A stretch of 64,000 nucleotides of DNA from Actinomycetota bacterium (GTDB taxonomy: Bacteria; Actinomycetota; Acidimicrobiia; IMCC26256; VFJJ01), in NCBI GenBank assembly GCA_009886115.1, contig VFJJ01000036.1:10800-74799 (forward strand). Direction: 5' to 3'. The stretch's first letter is position 1, and each line of letters starts with the position of its first letter. Made by a program: the position numbers and the translations under genes. Below the pieces are notes generated by a model. It searched no databases. It was given only the letters and a program-made list of their open reading frames with translations, and had not been told where the DNA came from. This document shows, in pieces, positions 46,386 to 55,350 of this stretch.

Positions 46386-48194
46386 CTACCGCTGCGGAGC
46401 TACCCGTGAGGGCCGGAGGCGGCGGCCGGGACGGGCACCGGTGGGAACGCCACCCCGGGTCGCGACCACACCGTTCACGCACGACAGCACGATGCCCGTG
46501 GCGTCGGTGACGAGCCTGCGCCCGCCGGCGGGCTGATCGGCGACGAAGCGCACGCCGGTGGTCGCCACGCGATCGGGATCGAAGAGCACGAGATCGGCGG
46601 CCAGACCACGGCGGAGGAAACCCCGGTCACCCAGCCCCAGGAGCGTGGCCTGATCGCCGGTGAGCTTGGCGACGGCTGCTTCCAACGAGAGCACCCTCGT
46701 CTCCCTCACCCAGTGCTGCAACGTCCAGACGGCGTAGCAGCTGTCGGTGTTGGCCAGCACGTGCGCGCCGGCATCGGAAGCTCCGATCATCGCTGCCGGA
46801 TGGGCGACGAGCCGAGCCACCCGGTCGTCGTCGCCGTTGCGCATCACCGCGGCCACCTGGGTCTCGAAGTTGTCGGCCAAGACCAGATCGAGCAACACGT
46901 CGACCGGATCGGCCCCGACCCGCGCCGCGAGATCGGCGAGCGAGCGGCCCCAGACCCCGGGCTGGTGCGTGTAGCGCACGAGGACGTGCTCCCAGCGCCC
47001 CGAGAACACCGGTGTCGACGGCATCGCTGCGCCCTCGACGCGGAGCCGGGCCCGACCCGCGGGATCAGCAGCCAAGCGGCGCACGGCATCGGCCGCGTCC
47101 GCTCCCACGTCCGCGCCCCCTCCCGCGCCCGCTGAACGCACCGCAGCGAGCAACGTGGGCAGCGAGCGCACGACCACGCCCGTTCCGTCGAGTCGGGTCC
47201 AGAGCTCGAAGGGGCGGGTGGAGATCTGCGGGACGACCATGACCCCGGGCCGGCGCCCGGCCAGCGTGCAGTCGAGGATGTGCTCACCCAGCCCGGGATC
47301 ACCGTGATCGTCGAAGACGGGACCGACCACCACGGCCCGGCCCGAGGCGGCCGCCAAGCGCTCGTGCCAGGCCAGGTCGGCCTGGCGCTCGGCCCGTCCC
47401 TGCAACAAGGCGGCGTTGGCCATGGTGAACAAGCCCGGTCCGGGCCCGGCGCCCAACACCCGAGCAAAGCCCAAGAGCTCGCCCTCGCCACAGACCTGTC
47501 CGGGCAGCGCGGTTCCGCCCGGACCGGGGTTGCCGATCACCTGGTCGGTCGAGAAACCCAACGCTCCCAAGGCCAAGCCGTCGGCGAGCAGGCGGCCCAT
47601 CTGCACGATCTCGGCATCGGTCGCAATGCGCTCGTGCACGTCGGGTAGGCCCAGGACGGCTGCCCGCAGCGGGACGTGCCCCACCAGGAAAGCGTGGTTG
47701 CACAGTGTCGAGAGCCCGTCGAGGCGGGCGGCGTACGAGGCGAGATCGTCCCAGTCGAACGGGACGCCGGCCCTGATGGCCGCCTCGGGGATCTGCTCGA
47801 CGGTGCTCATGGCCGAGACGATGTAGTCGCGCTCGGCCTCAGAACCCAACGGTGCCAAGGCGTACCCGCAGTTGGCGGTGACCACGGTCGTCACCCCGTA
47901 ACTCGAGGACGGGGTCACGTCGCCATCCCAGAACAGGTTGGCGTCGAGATGCGTGTGCGGATCGATGAACCCCGGCGCCAGCACCAGCCCCCGCCCGTCG
48001 ATCTCCTCCCGCCCACGACCCGGGCGGCGGCCACCGGCATCGGCACCGGCATCGGCATCGACATCGATCTCGCTGATGCGGCCGCCCGAGACCGCGAGAT
48101 CGCCCTCCCGGCCAGGAGCGCCGGTTCCGTCGACGAGGAGCGCCCCCCTGATGACGATGTCGTGGTCGGCCCGGCGACCGCTCCCCGGGCTCAC
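46386..48194 (-). CDS. D-aminoacylase-like amidohydrolase (Amidohydro_3 type)
   Basis: ORF 46386..48194(-). The GTG start overlaps the upstream stop (GTGA). It has IRGALLVDGTG...APGFIDPHTHLD metal-binding HxH. A low-complexity insert DVDADAGADAGGRRPGRGRE is present. Confidence 0.88.
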   Translation of the reverse strand: MSPGSGRRADHDIVIRGALLVDGTGAPGREGDLAVSGGRISEIDVDADAGADAGGRRPGRGREEIDGRGLVLAPGFIDPHTHLDANLFWDGDVTPSSSYGVTTVVTANCGYALAPLGSEAERDYIVSAMSTVEQIPEAAIRAGVPFDWDDLASYAARLDGLSTLCNHAFLVGHVPLRAAVLGLPDVHERIATDAEIVQMGRLLADGLALGALGFSTDQVIGNPGPGGTALPGQVCGEGELLGFARVLGAGPGPGLFTMANAALLQGRAERQADLAWHERLAAASGRAVVVGPVFDDHGDPGLGEHILDCTLAGRRPGVMVVPQISTRPFELWTRLDGTGVVVRSLPTLLAAVRSAGAGGGADVGADAADAVRRLAADPAGRARLRVEGAAMPSTPVFSGRWEHVLVRYTHQPGVWGRSLADLAARVGADPVDVLLDLVLADNFETQVAAVMRNGDDDRVARLVAHPAAMIGASDAGAHVLANTDSCYAVWTLQHWVRETRVLSLEAAVAKLTGDQATLLGLGDRGFLRRGLAADLVLFDPDRVATTGVRFVADQPAGGRRLVTDATGIVLSCVNGVVATRGGVPTGARPGRRLRPSRVAPQR

Positions 48195-49402
48195 GCGTCG
48201 ACGGCTCGCCTGGTGGCGGCAAGCATCCCCGGGATACCCGTGATCGGGGCATCGCGCGACCAGCCATCACCCAAACGAGCCATGATCGCCGGCATGTCGA
48301 GCCGATAGAACCGAGCCGGGCCGTCGACGAAGATGGCCCGCTTGTCGGCGTCGGAGAGGTCGGAGCGGTCGCGCAGGATCTCGATGGGGTCGGGCCAGGC
48401 GCCGTCCTGGTGGGGCCAGTCGCTGGCCCAGAGCACCCGGTCGGCTCCGACGGTCGCCGCGCTCAGCACCAGCCCGGCGTCGGCCGGCTCGCCGGAGATC
48501 ACGCACTGGTCCCGGAACTGCTCGAGCGCTGATCGCGACCTCGGCGCGGACACCAGCGCCATCTTCTCGTAGGTCTGGTCGAGCCGGCCGAGCCAGTGAG
48601 CGAGCCAGCCCACGTCGCCTTCGAAGAACCCGACGCGGGCATCGGGGAACCGGTCGAGCAGGCCGCTGTCGATCACGTGCATCACGGCGAGCTGGAGTTG
48701 GATGGGCACCCCCATCTGCCACTGGCCCCGGTTCTTCCAGTGCCGGGACAGGCCCAGCGTGGGACTGGCCGGATTCGACGCATGGACCACGGCTGGGAGG
48801 CCGGCCTCGACGAGTCGGGCCCACAGCGCGTCGGTCTCGATGTCGGCGATCGTGCGCCCGTCAGGCGTGGGGATGGGCGAGAGCATCACGGTCGTGGCGC
48901 CGGCCGCGAGGACGCGGTCGAGCTCGGCCGCTGCCCAGTCGAGATCGCCCAGTGGCAGCACCGCAGCCCACCGCAAGCGCAGGGGATCGTGCGCGCAGAA
49001 GTCGGCGATCCAGCCGTTGTACGCCGAAGCCGAGGCGTTCGCGAAGCCTTGGTCGGGCAGGTCGTCGAGCCCCAGGGTCATGGTGGGAAACAGCACCGAG
49101 ACCGCGATGCCTTGGGCATCCATGAGCTCGATGCGCCGCACCGGATCGTGAGCGCCGGGGTCGACCTCGGTGTCGAGATCGATGTCGAGACGCCCGCCGG
49201 CGCTCAAGGCCCCGGGAGTGCACAGCGATCCGATCGTCCACTCGAAGGCCGTGGCCCGGCCGAAGAACCGCACCACCTCCCTGCCGTCTTCGCCGCGGGA
49301 GCTCGTCCACGCCTGATCGCGATAGCGCGCCGGGAGCCGTTCCCCCCACAGGGAGAACGGCTCCATCACGTGACCATCGGCGTCGATGATCGGCAGCTTC
49401 AC
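48191..49402 (-). CDS. amidohydrolase-2 (ACMSD/TIM-barrel metal hydrolase) family protein
   Basis: ORF 48191..49402(-), GTG start with GAAGGGG RBS. It has N-terminal IIDADGHVMEP and C-terminal WASDWPHQDG. Confidence 0.88.
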   Translation of the reverse strand: MKLPIIDADGHVMEPFSLWGERLPARYRDQAWTSSRGEDGREVVRFFGRATAFEWTIGSLCTPGALSAGGRLDIDLDTEVDPGAHDPVRRIELMDAQGIAVSVLFPTMTLGLDDLPDQGFANASASAYNGWIADFCAHDPLRLRWAAVLPLGDLDWAAAELDRVLAAGATTVMLSPIPTPDGRTIADIETDALWARLVEAGLPAVVHASNPASPTLGLSRHWKNRGQWQMGVPIQLQLAVMHVIDSGLLDRFPDARVGFFEGDVGWLAHWLGRLDQTYEKMALVSAPRSRSALEQFRDQCVISGEPADAGLVLSAATVGADRVLWASDWPHQDGAWPDPIEILRDRSDLSDADKRAIFVDGPARFYRLDMPAIMARLGDGWSRDAPITGIPGMLAATRRAVDA

Positions 49403-49448
49403 GGGGCCCCTTCGAGTCTTGAGCGCGCCGAGAGTGCCGACCCGCCCG

Positions 49449-49493
49449 GCACCTGTCGCTCAGGTGGAGTCTCCCCGCTTCAGCGACAGGTGC
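49449..49493. terminator. perfect 12-bp-stem hairpin downstream of the binding-protein gene
   Basis: GCACCTGTCGCT-N21-AGCGACAGGTGC lies 26 nt after the stop at 49519 on the minus strand. There is no U-tract. Confidence 0.45.
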
Positions 49494-49518
49494 TCGATCG
49501 GTGCGGTCCGGCGTGGGG

Positions 49519-51045
49519 CTACTCGGCGGTGTTGAAGATGTCGGTGAGATCCTTCCAACCGCCGCTCTCGCCGATCGACGAGTCGAACGACTGGAGGCGG
49601 AACCCGTCGTTGGCGTCGTACTTGCCCTCGCCAAAGGAGCTGAAGGCGTTGGCAGGTATGTCGAGTGACGACAGCGAATGCACCGCGGCGGTCCAGCTCT
49701 CGTTGGTGAGGTCGGCTCCCGCCGCCTCGGCCACCTGCGTGAACACCGACAGCTCGTCGCACGCGTCGCGCACGGCGATGTAGGTCTCGAGGCGCTGCTC
49801 GCCCTCGGCCACGACGAGATCCTGGGGATCGATGACCGGGATGTCGGGGTTGGCAGCCTCGAAGATCGCGATGCACGCCTGCACCGCCGGCGTGCTGAAC
49901 TGCTCGCCGTTGGTGTCGTTGAGCCCGCCGACGCTGATCGCCCCCTCGTACGGGTTCGGCGAGACGCCTGCCGTGGTGAGGTCCTTGCCCTCGTTGATGA
50001 TCCCAGACGGGGCGTCGCCGATGAGCAGCAGCTCGGGGAACTCGGCCTTGATCTTCTGGACGAACTGGCGGGACCCGGCTTCCTGCCCGGCGACGATCAG
50101 CGTGTCGATGCCCTCGGTCCGCCAGCGCTCGATGAAGGCGTCGAGCTGGGCCTGGGCCTGCGTGGTGTCCTCGTCGACGATGTCGAGGATCGCCGTCGAG
50201 CCCCGTTCGATCCCGAGGTCGTCGAGCGCGGGCTCGATCACGCTCTCGGCCCGGATACCGGTCCTCGACGACGCGAGGATGCCGACGGTGCGACCTTCGA
50301 GGGTGCCGGCCTGCTCGAGCGCGCTCATGAGCACGCTGATCGTGCGCTCCGCCGTGACGTCGTTGGTGAGCAACAGCCCCGGCGGCGCCTCGTCGATCCA
50401 GGCCTGCTCGAGCTCGTGGCCGATGTGGATGGTCTCGTTGTCGCGGGTGATGCAGAGCTGGGCGTCGCCGGAGAAGTCGATGAACACGCCGAGCGTCGCG
50501 AAGACCTCTTCGTCCTGGGTCATGCTCACGCATGCCGCGAGCGCCTCCTCGTTTCCGATCGGGCAGTGCTTCTGATAGACGGGCTCGATGGTGCGGCCGA
50601 GGATGCCCCCGTCGGCGTTGATCGCGTCGATCATCGTCTGGTACACGAGCTCCTGATCGCCCCGCTCGAAGTCGATGAAGTCGGCGATGCACTCGTAGTC
50701 GACGTAGAGGACTCCGAGCTTGATCGACTCGGCGGTGACGCCACGGAACGAGTCGGTGAGCACGATCGCCTCGGTCGTCGTCGTCTCCGGAGCGGCGGTG
50801 GTTCCCGGCACGGTGTCGCCGGTGGTCGGCGCAGTGGTGGCCGCCGTCGTCGTCTCGGCTGACGGCGCGACCGTGGTGTCGCTCGGCGTCGCATCGTCGT
50901 CGTCGTCGCCGCACGCGGCTGCGAGAAGCGTCAGGGCGAACGCAACGGCCATGAGCCGCGCCGAGCGTCGCGTGGTGAACCGAGCGCTGGTCGACCGAGC
51001 CTTGGTGGACCGGGCGCTGGTGGATCGAGGTGTACCGATACCCAT
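49519..51045 (-). CDS. Liv-type (Peripla_BP_6-like) ABC substrate-binding lipoprotein
   Basis: ORF 49519..51087(-) trimmed to ATG 51045, with GAGGGGGG RBS. It has a basic repeat-containing n-region, then lipobox LLAAC followed by GDDDDD. Confidence 0.85.
   Translation of the reverse strand: MGIGTPRSTSARSTKARSTSARFTTRRSARLMAVAFALTLLAAACGDDDDDATPSDTTVAPSAETTTAATTAPTTGDTVPGTTAAPETTTTEAIVLTDSFRGVTAESIKLGVLYVDYECIADFIDFERGDQELVYQTMIDAINADGGILGRTIEPVYQKHCPIGNEEALAACVSMTQDEEVFATLGVFIDFSGDAQLCITRDNETIHIGHELEQAWIDEAPPGLLLTNDVTAERTISVLMSALEQAGTLEGRTVGILASSRTGIRAESVIEPALDDLGIERGSTAILDIVDEDTTQAQAQLDAFIERWRTEGIDTLIVAGQEAGSRQFVQKIKAEFPELLLIGDAPSGIINEGKDLTTAGVSPNPYEGAISVGGLNDTNGEQFSTPAVQACIAIFEAANPDIPVIDPQDLVVAEGEQRLETYIAVRDACDELSVFTQVAEAAGADLTNESWTAAVHSLSSLDIPANAFSSFGEGKYDANDGFRLQSFDSSIGESGGWKDLTDIFNTAE
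50966..51025. repeat. degenerate in-frame 15-bp tandem repeat (x4) in the signal-peptide n-region
   Basis: cgtcgcgtggtgaac cgagcgctggtcgac cgagccttggtggac cgggcgctggtggat. On the minus strand it encodes RSTSA/RSTKA/RSTSA/RFTTR. Confidence 0.75.
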
Positions 51046-51122
51046 GATTCCCCCCTCTAGTTCGGCCCCGGAAGGCCCGCATCGCACGGGTTCTCACTCG
51101 TGAACGGCGCCCGGCCGGGGTG

Positions 51123-51143
51123 GTGGAGCTAACACTAACGTCA
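51123..51143. promoter_or_regulatory. shared motif, site 2 (gtggAGCTAACACTAACGTCA)
   Basis: It lies in the AT-richest patch of the divergent region between the binding-protein gene (51045) and livHM (51226). The core AGCTRAC-NN-TRACGTCA is shared with sites at 16299 and 57308. Confidence 0.4.
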
Positions 51144-51225
51144 TATTTCTCGGGGGCGCCAGGATCCCCGTGCGCCCGGGGTCACCATGTCGGTACCATC
51201 GGCCGACCACAGATCGAGGGGGAGC

Positions 51226-53595
51226 GTGGAAGATCTGCTCGTGTACATCGTTCGCGGGTTCCCGGCGGGGTGCGTCTACGGGCTCGTGGCCATGGCGATC
51301 GTCCTCACCTACAAGACCTCCGGGGTGTTCAACCTCGCGTTCGGGGCGCAGGCGTACGTTGCGGCTGCGGTGTTCTACAAGCTGGGCAAGGAGCACGACT
51401 GGCCCATCGGAGTCGCGGCCGCGCTGGCCGTCCTCGTCGTGTCACCGTTGCTGGCACTGGGGCTCGAGTACTTCATCTTCCGGCACATGCGCACGCAGCC
51501 CCTCGTGGTGAAGCTCGTGGCCGCGCTCGGCCTGCTCACCGCGCTGCCCGAGATCACGAAGCTCTGGTTCGGCAAGGAGATCAAGAACCTCCCGCCCAGC
51601 GTGGCGCCGTCGCCCGATCGCCTCTACAAGATCACCGACCGCGTGACGATCACCCAGGACCGACTCGTCACGGTGATCGCGTCACTGCTCGTCTTCGCTG
51701 CGCTCACGGCGCTCTTCCGCTACACCGTGCTGGGGCTCCGGATGCGGGCCATCACCGAGAGCCCGCGCATGGTCGAGCTGGCCGGGGTGAACGCCAACAT
51801 GGTCAGCAGGGTTGCCTGGACGCTCTCGGGCTTCCTGGCCGGGCTGGCTGGTGTGCTGTTCGCGCACACCGAACCGCAGCTCCGACCCGACAACTACACC
51901 GGGCTGCTCATCGTCTCGATCGCCGCAGCCGCGTTCGGTCTGTTCAAGAGCATCCCCCGCACGTTGGCGGGTGGGATGATCATCGCCATCGTCGGCGGGC
52001 AGATGATCCCCGGATGGCTGGGCGTCGAGCGGACGATCACGAGCTACATCAGACCGTCGTTCCCGTTCCTCATGCTGTTCGCCATCCTCGTGTTCGTTCC
52101 CGGCATCCGGCAGTCACGCGAGACGACCGACCCGCTGGCCGGCGTCGACCCACCACCTCCAGCACTGGCCGCCAGCTACCGCGACGCGCAGCTCGACCGG
52201 CTCACCCGCAAGATCCTCTTCCCCGCGTTCATCGCCGCCGTGCTCTACCTCGTCCTGTTCCTGCTTCCCGGCCTGTGGGTCTCTCGCGTCACCGAAGGGG
52301 TGTGCCTCGCTGTCATCTTCTTGTCGATCACGGTGCTGACGGGCCTGTCGGGGCAGCTCTCGCTGGCCCAGTCGGTGTTCGCAGGTGCCGGCGCCTTCAC
52401 CGTCGGCCAGCTTTCCGAGCGCTACGGCTGGAACCCGTTGATCGGTCTCCTGTTCGGAGCGCTCATCGCCGCGGCGGCCGGCGCCCTCGTCGCCCTGCCG
52501 GCGATGCGCCTGGGTGGGTTGTATCTCGCCGTGGCCACGTTCGCCTTGGCGCTGCTGGCCCAGAACGCGCTCTACGGCCGCGACTGGGTCGGCGGGTTTG
52601 CCGGGCAGGTCGACATCCCACGGCCCAAGGCGTTCGGCATCGACTTCGGCGAGGACAAACCGTTCTTCGTCCTGTGCGCGGTGATCCTCACGCTCTTGTC
52701 GTACGCGGTGATCTTCGTGCGTCGAGGATCGACAGGCCGTTTCCTGTTCGCCATGCGCGGCAGCGAGACCGCGGCGGCGGCGTCGGCGATCAACCCCGTC
52801 AAGTACAAGCTCATCGTGTTCGCGTTCTCGTCGTTCATCGCCGGTGTCGGCGGCGCGCTGCTCGGCATGTACCAAGGGGTGGCGTCGACGGGCTTCGAAG
52901 GCCAGTCGATCTTCTCGCCCTTCTACGGCTTGGTCTTCGTGGTGCTCGTCGTGACCCTCGGGGTACGCACGATCCAGGGTGCCATCGTCGCCGCGATGTC
53001 GTTCGTGCTGTTCCCGCTGCTGCTCGAGTGGCTGAAGCTCCCGATCGAGTTCTCGCTGATCCTGTTCGGGTTCGGCGCGATCACCTTCGCTCGGCACCCC
53101 GAAGGGATCATGGAGGCCAACACCCGCAAGAGCGTGTTGCGGGCCGCCGAGAACAAGGCCAATCCGCGCCTCGCCCGCAAGCGGCGGCTCATCGCCTGGG
53201 CCATGATGTGCGCGATCGCCGTCCCCGTGCTGGTGCGCTCGGCCACCCGCGACGCCGGAGCAACCGAGCTGAACGTGGGCTTCACGGTGCTGCCGATCGA
53301 GTGCGGCACCGCGTGGGAGGCCTACACCGATTTCGATCCCGAAGGGGTCGACGCCGCCCAGCGGCCGGCGCTGCACTCGGCTTGCAAGACCGAGGCCCGC
53401 AAGCACTTCACCCACACATCGGGGATCAAGCTCTGGGACTACGGCGGCGCGTGGAAGGCCCTGTTCCTGTTCCTGTTCGGGTTCCTCCGGTTCTCGCCGA
53501 GCTTGATCGACGGGCGTCGACAGGGCGGGAGGCCGAGCGACGAGTCGGGCGAGCAGGTTCCAGGGCCCACCGACCGCGAGGAGGTGTCGGTGTGA
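51226..53595 (+). CDS. LivH-LivM fused branched-chain-type ABC permease with extra C-terminal 2-TM module
   Basis: ORF 51187..53595(+). GTG 51226 is preferred: GAGG lies 6 nt upstream, and the 13 codons from ATG 51187 use rare codons. LivH-like: VYGLVAMAIVLTYKTSGVFNLAFGAQ. LivM-like: LTGLSGQLSLAQSVFAGAGA. An appended ~150 aa module follows. Confidence 0.85.
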   Translation: MEDLLVYIVRGFPAGCVYGLVAMAIVLTYKTSGVFNLAFGAQAYVAAAVFYKLGKEHDWPIGVAAALAVLVVSPLLALGLEYFIFRHMRTQPLVVKLVAALGLLTALPEITKLWFGKEIKNLPPSVAPSPDRLYKITDRVTITQDRLVTVIASLLVFAALTALFRYTVLGLRMRAITESPRMVELAGVNANMVSRVAWTLSGFLAGLAGVLFAHTEPQLRPDNYTGLLIVSIAAAAFGLFKSIPRTLAGGMIIAIVGGQMIPGWLGVERTITSYIRPSFPFLMLFAILVFVPGIRQSRETTDPLAGVDPPPPALAASYRDAQLDRLTRKILFPAFIAAVLYLVLFLLPGLWVSRVTEGVCLAVIFLSITVLTGLSGQLSLAQSVFAGAGAFTVGQLSERYGWNPLIGLLFGALIAAAAGALVALPAMRLGGLYLAVATFALALLAQNALYGRDWVGGFAGQVDIPRPKAFGIDFGEDKPFFVLCAVILTLLSYAVIFVRRGSTGRFLFAMRGSETAAAASAINPVKYKLIVFAFSSFIAGVGGALLGMYQGVASTGFEGQSIFSPFYGLVFVVLVVTLGVRTIQGAIVAAMSFVLFPLLLEWLKLPIEFSLILFGFGAITFARHPEGIMEANTRKSVLRAAENKANPRLARKRRLIAWAMMCAIAVPVLVRSATRDAGATELNVGFTVLPIECGTAWEAYTDFDPEGVDAAQRPALHSACKTEARKHFTHTSGIKLWDYGGAWKALFLFLFGFLRFSPSLIDGRRQGGRPSDESGEQVPGPTDREEVSV

Positions 53596-54464
53596 GCACG
53601 GGCGAGGGCGCGGGAGCGGCGGGCACCGGCCCGATGGAATCAGGAGCGGCGGGCACCGGCCCAGTGGACACCGGCTCGGTCCTGTTGCACGCCACCGACG
53701 TGGGCAAGCGCTTCGGCGGCATCGCCGCGCTCACCGATGTCAACCTCGTCGTCAACACCCACGAGGTCGTGGGGCTGGTGGGCCCGAACGGAGCGGGCAA
53801 GACCACGTTCTTCAACTGCCTGCTGGGGATCTTGCGACCCGATAGCGGCATCGTCACCTTCCGCGGCATCGACATCAGCCGGATGCCGACCCACAAGCGA
53901 GCCCGCATGGGGATCGGGCGAACCTTCCAGCGGCTCGAGCTCTTCACCGGGATGACCGTTCGCGAGCACCTGCTCGTGACCGAGCGCTCGCGCCGGGGGA
54001 CGGGATCGCTCTGGAAGGATCTCCTCAACCAGGGTGGCCCCACCGATGACGAACACGCAGCCGCACAGGAGACGATCGATCTGGTGGGCTTGGGCGCCGA
54101 GGCCGACAAACCCGTCGAGTCGCTCTCGCTCGGCCGGAACCGGATCGTCGAGCTGGCCCGGGCTCTGCAGCTGCGCCCCTCCCTGCTCCTGCTCGACGAG
54201 CCGTCGTCGGGGCTCGACCGCAAGGAGACGCACGCCCTCGTCGACGTGCTCCACGGGATCCAGCAGTCGCAGGGAACCGCCGTGCTGCTCGTCGAGCACG
54301 ACCTCGAGATGGTGGTGCGTGCCGTGTCGCGCCTGTACGTGCTCGACCTCGGGCGCCTCCTCACGTCGGGCCCGGTCGAGGAGGTGATGGCCGATCCCAA
54401 CGTCAGGGAGGCCTATCTCGGCAGCATGGCCGAAACCCTGTCCCCGACGAGAGGCGACTCCTGA
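53592..54464 (+). CDS. livG: LivG-type ABC transporter ATP-binding protein
   Basis: C-terminal part of ORF 51120..54464(+). GTG 53592 overlaps the upstream stop (GTGA); ATG 53634 is the alternative. It has Walker A GPNGAGKTT, LSLGRNRIVELARAL and LLLDEPSSGLD. Confidence 0.88.
   Translation: MSTGEGAGAAGTGPMESGAAGTGPVDTGSVLLHATDVGKRFGGIAALTDVNLVVNTHEVVGLVGPNGAGKTTFFNCLLGILRPDSGIVTFRGIDISRMPTHKRARMGIGRTFQRLELFTGMTVREHLLVTERSRRGTGSLWKDLLNQGGPTDDEHAAAQETIDLVGLGAEADKPVESLSLGRNRIVELARALQLRPSLLLLDEPSSGLDRKETHALVDVLHGIQQSQGTAVLLVEHDLEMVVRAVSRLYVLDLGRLLTSGPVEEVMADPNVREAYLGSMAETLSPTRGDS
53613..53672. repeat. 30-bp in-frame tandem duplication at the livG 5' end
   Basis: ggagcggcgggcaccggcccgatggaatca / ggagcggcgggcaccggcccagtggacacc (24/30 identical). 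It encodes GAAGTGPMES / GAAGTGPVDT. Confidence 0.85.
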
Positions 54465-55258
54465 TGGCCACCGCGACCGGTTCGGGAACCACCGTCTCGT
54501 CGCCTGAGGCCGGGGCTACGGCCGGGGCTGGGGCCGGTGTCCGGGCAACCACTCCGCTGCTCGCCGTCGAGCACATCGACGCCGGGTACGGGCCCTTCCG
54601 CTCCCTCTTCGACGTCTCGTTCACCATCGAGGAAGGTGCCGCGACGGCCATCCTCGGACCCAACGGCTGTGGCAAGACCACGACGGCTCGTGTCGTGACC
54701 GGTCTGGTCAAGCCCACCGCGGGCCGGCTCCTGCTCGACGGTGTCGACATCACCGGCCTGCCGGCCTGGCGGATCGCCCGAGCCGGGATCATCCACGCCC
54801 CCGAAGGCCGATCGGTGTTCGCCAGCCTCACCGTGGAAGAGAACCTGGCGCTCACCTTCGTGGCCCAGCTGGGCAAGAAGGAGTCACCCCGGGCCCTGCA
54901 ACGAGCCTACGAGCTGTTCCCCCGTCTGGGCGAGCGCCGTAAGCAGCAGGCCGGAACGCTCTCGGGCGGCGAGCAGCGCATGCTGTCGCTGGCTCGCGTG
55001 ATGGTGAACCCGCCCCGACTGCTCGTGGCCGACGAGCTCTCGCTGGGCCTGGCGCCGATCATCGTCGACGAGGTGTTCCAGACACTCGAGACCGTGAAGT
55101 CGACCGGCACGTCGATCCTCATCGTCGAGCAGCACGTGCAGCGGGCCCTCGCGCTCGCCGACCACGCCGTGCTGATCTCCAAAGGCTCGGTGGTCGCCTC
55201 CGGCCCGGTCGAGGAGATCCGGGCCCACGTCGACGAGATCATCCCCTCGGGCCTGTAG
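54464..55258 (+). CDS. livF: LivF-type ABC transporter ATP-binding protein
   Basis: ORF 54464..55258(+). The ATG overlaps the livG stop (TGATG). It has Walker A GPNGCGKTT, LSGGEQRMLSLARVM and LVADELSLGLAP. Confidence 0.9.
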   Translation: MATATGSGTTVSSPEAGATAGAGAGVRATTPLLAVEHIDAGYGPFRSLFDVSFTIEEGAATAILGPNGCGKTTTARVVTGLVKPTAGRLLLDGVDITGLPAWRIARAGIIHAPEGRSVFASLTVEENLALTFVAQLGKKESPRALQRAYELFPRLGERRKQQAGTLSGGEQRMLSLARVMVNPPRLLVADELSLGLAPIIVDEVFQTLETVKSTGTSILIVEQHVQRALALADHAVLISKGSVVASGPVEEIRAHVDEIIPSGL

Positions 55259-55285
55259 ATCCGGCCCACCCCGACCCACCCAACT

Positions 55286-55339
55286 CCGAGCAGTGGGCAC
55301 GTGGACGTACGATTCGACGTCGTTGTGCCCACTGCTCGG
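55286..55339. terminator. perfect 15-bp-stem hairpin between convergent livF and binding-protein genes
   Basis: CCGAGCAGTGGGCAC-N24-GTGCCCACTGCTCGG read directly. There is no U-tract. Confidence 0.5.
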
Positions 55340-55350
55340 GGGGTGTGCGG

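Noticed and set aside
51120-53591. N-terminal ~820 aa of the 1114-aa ORF 51120..54464.
   Set aside because: This part is an out-of-frame, Arg/Pro-rich shadow of the LivHM permease gene. Only the last ~290 aa (from GTG 53592) form a genuine LivG ATPase.
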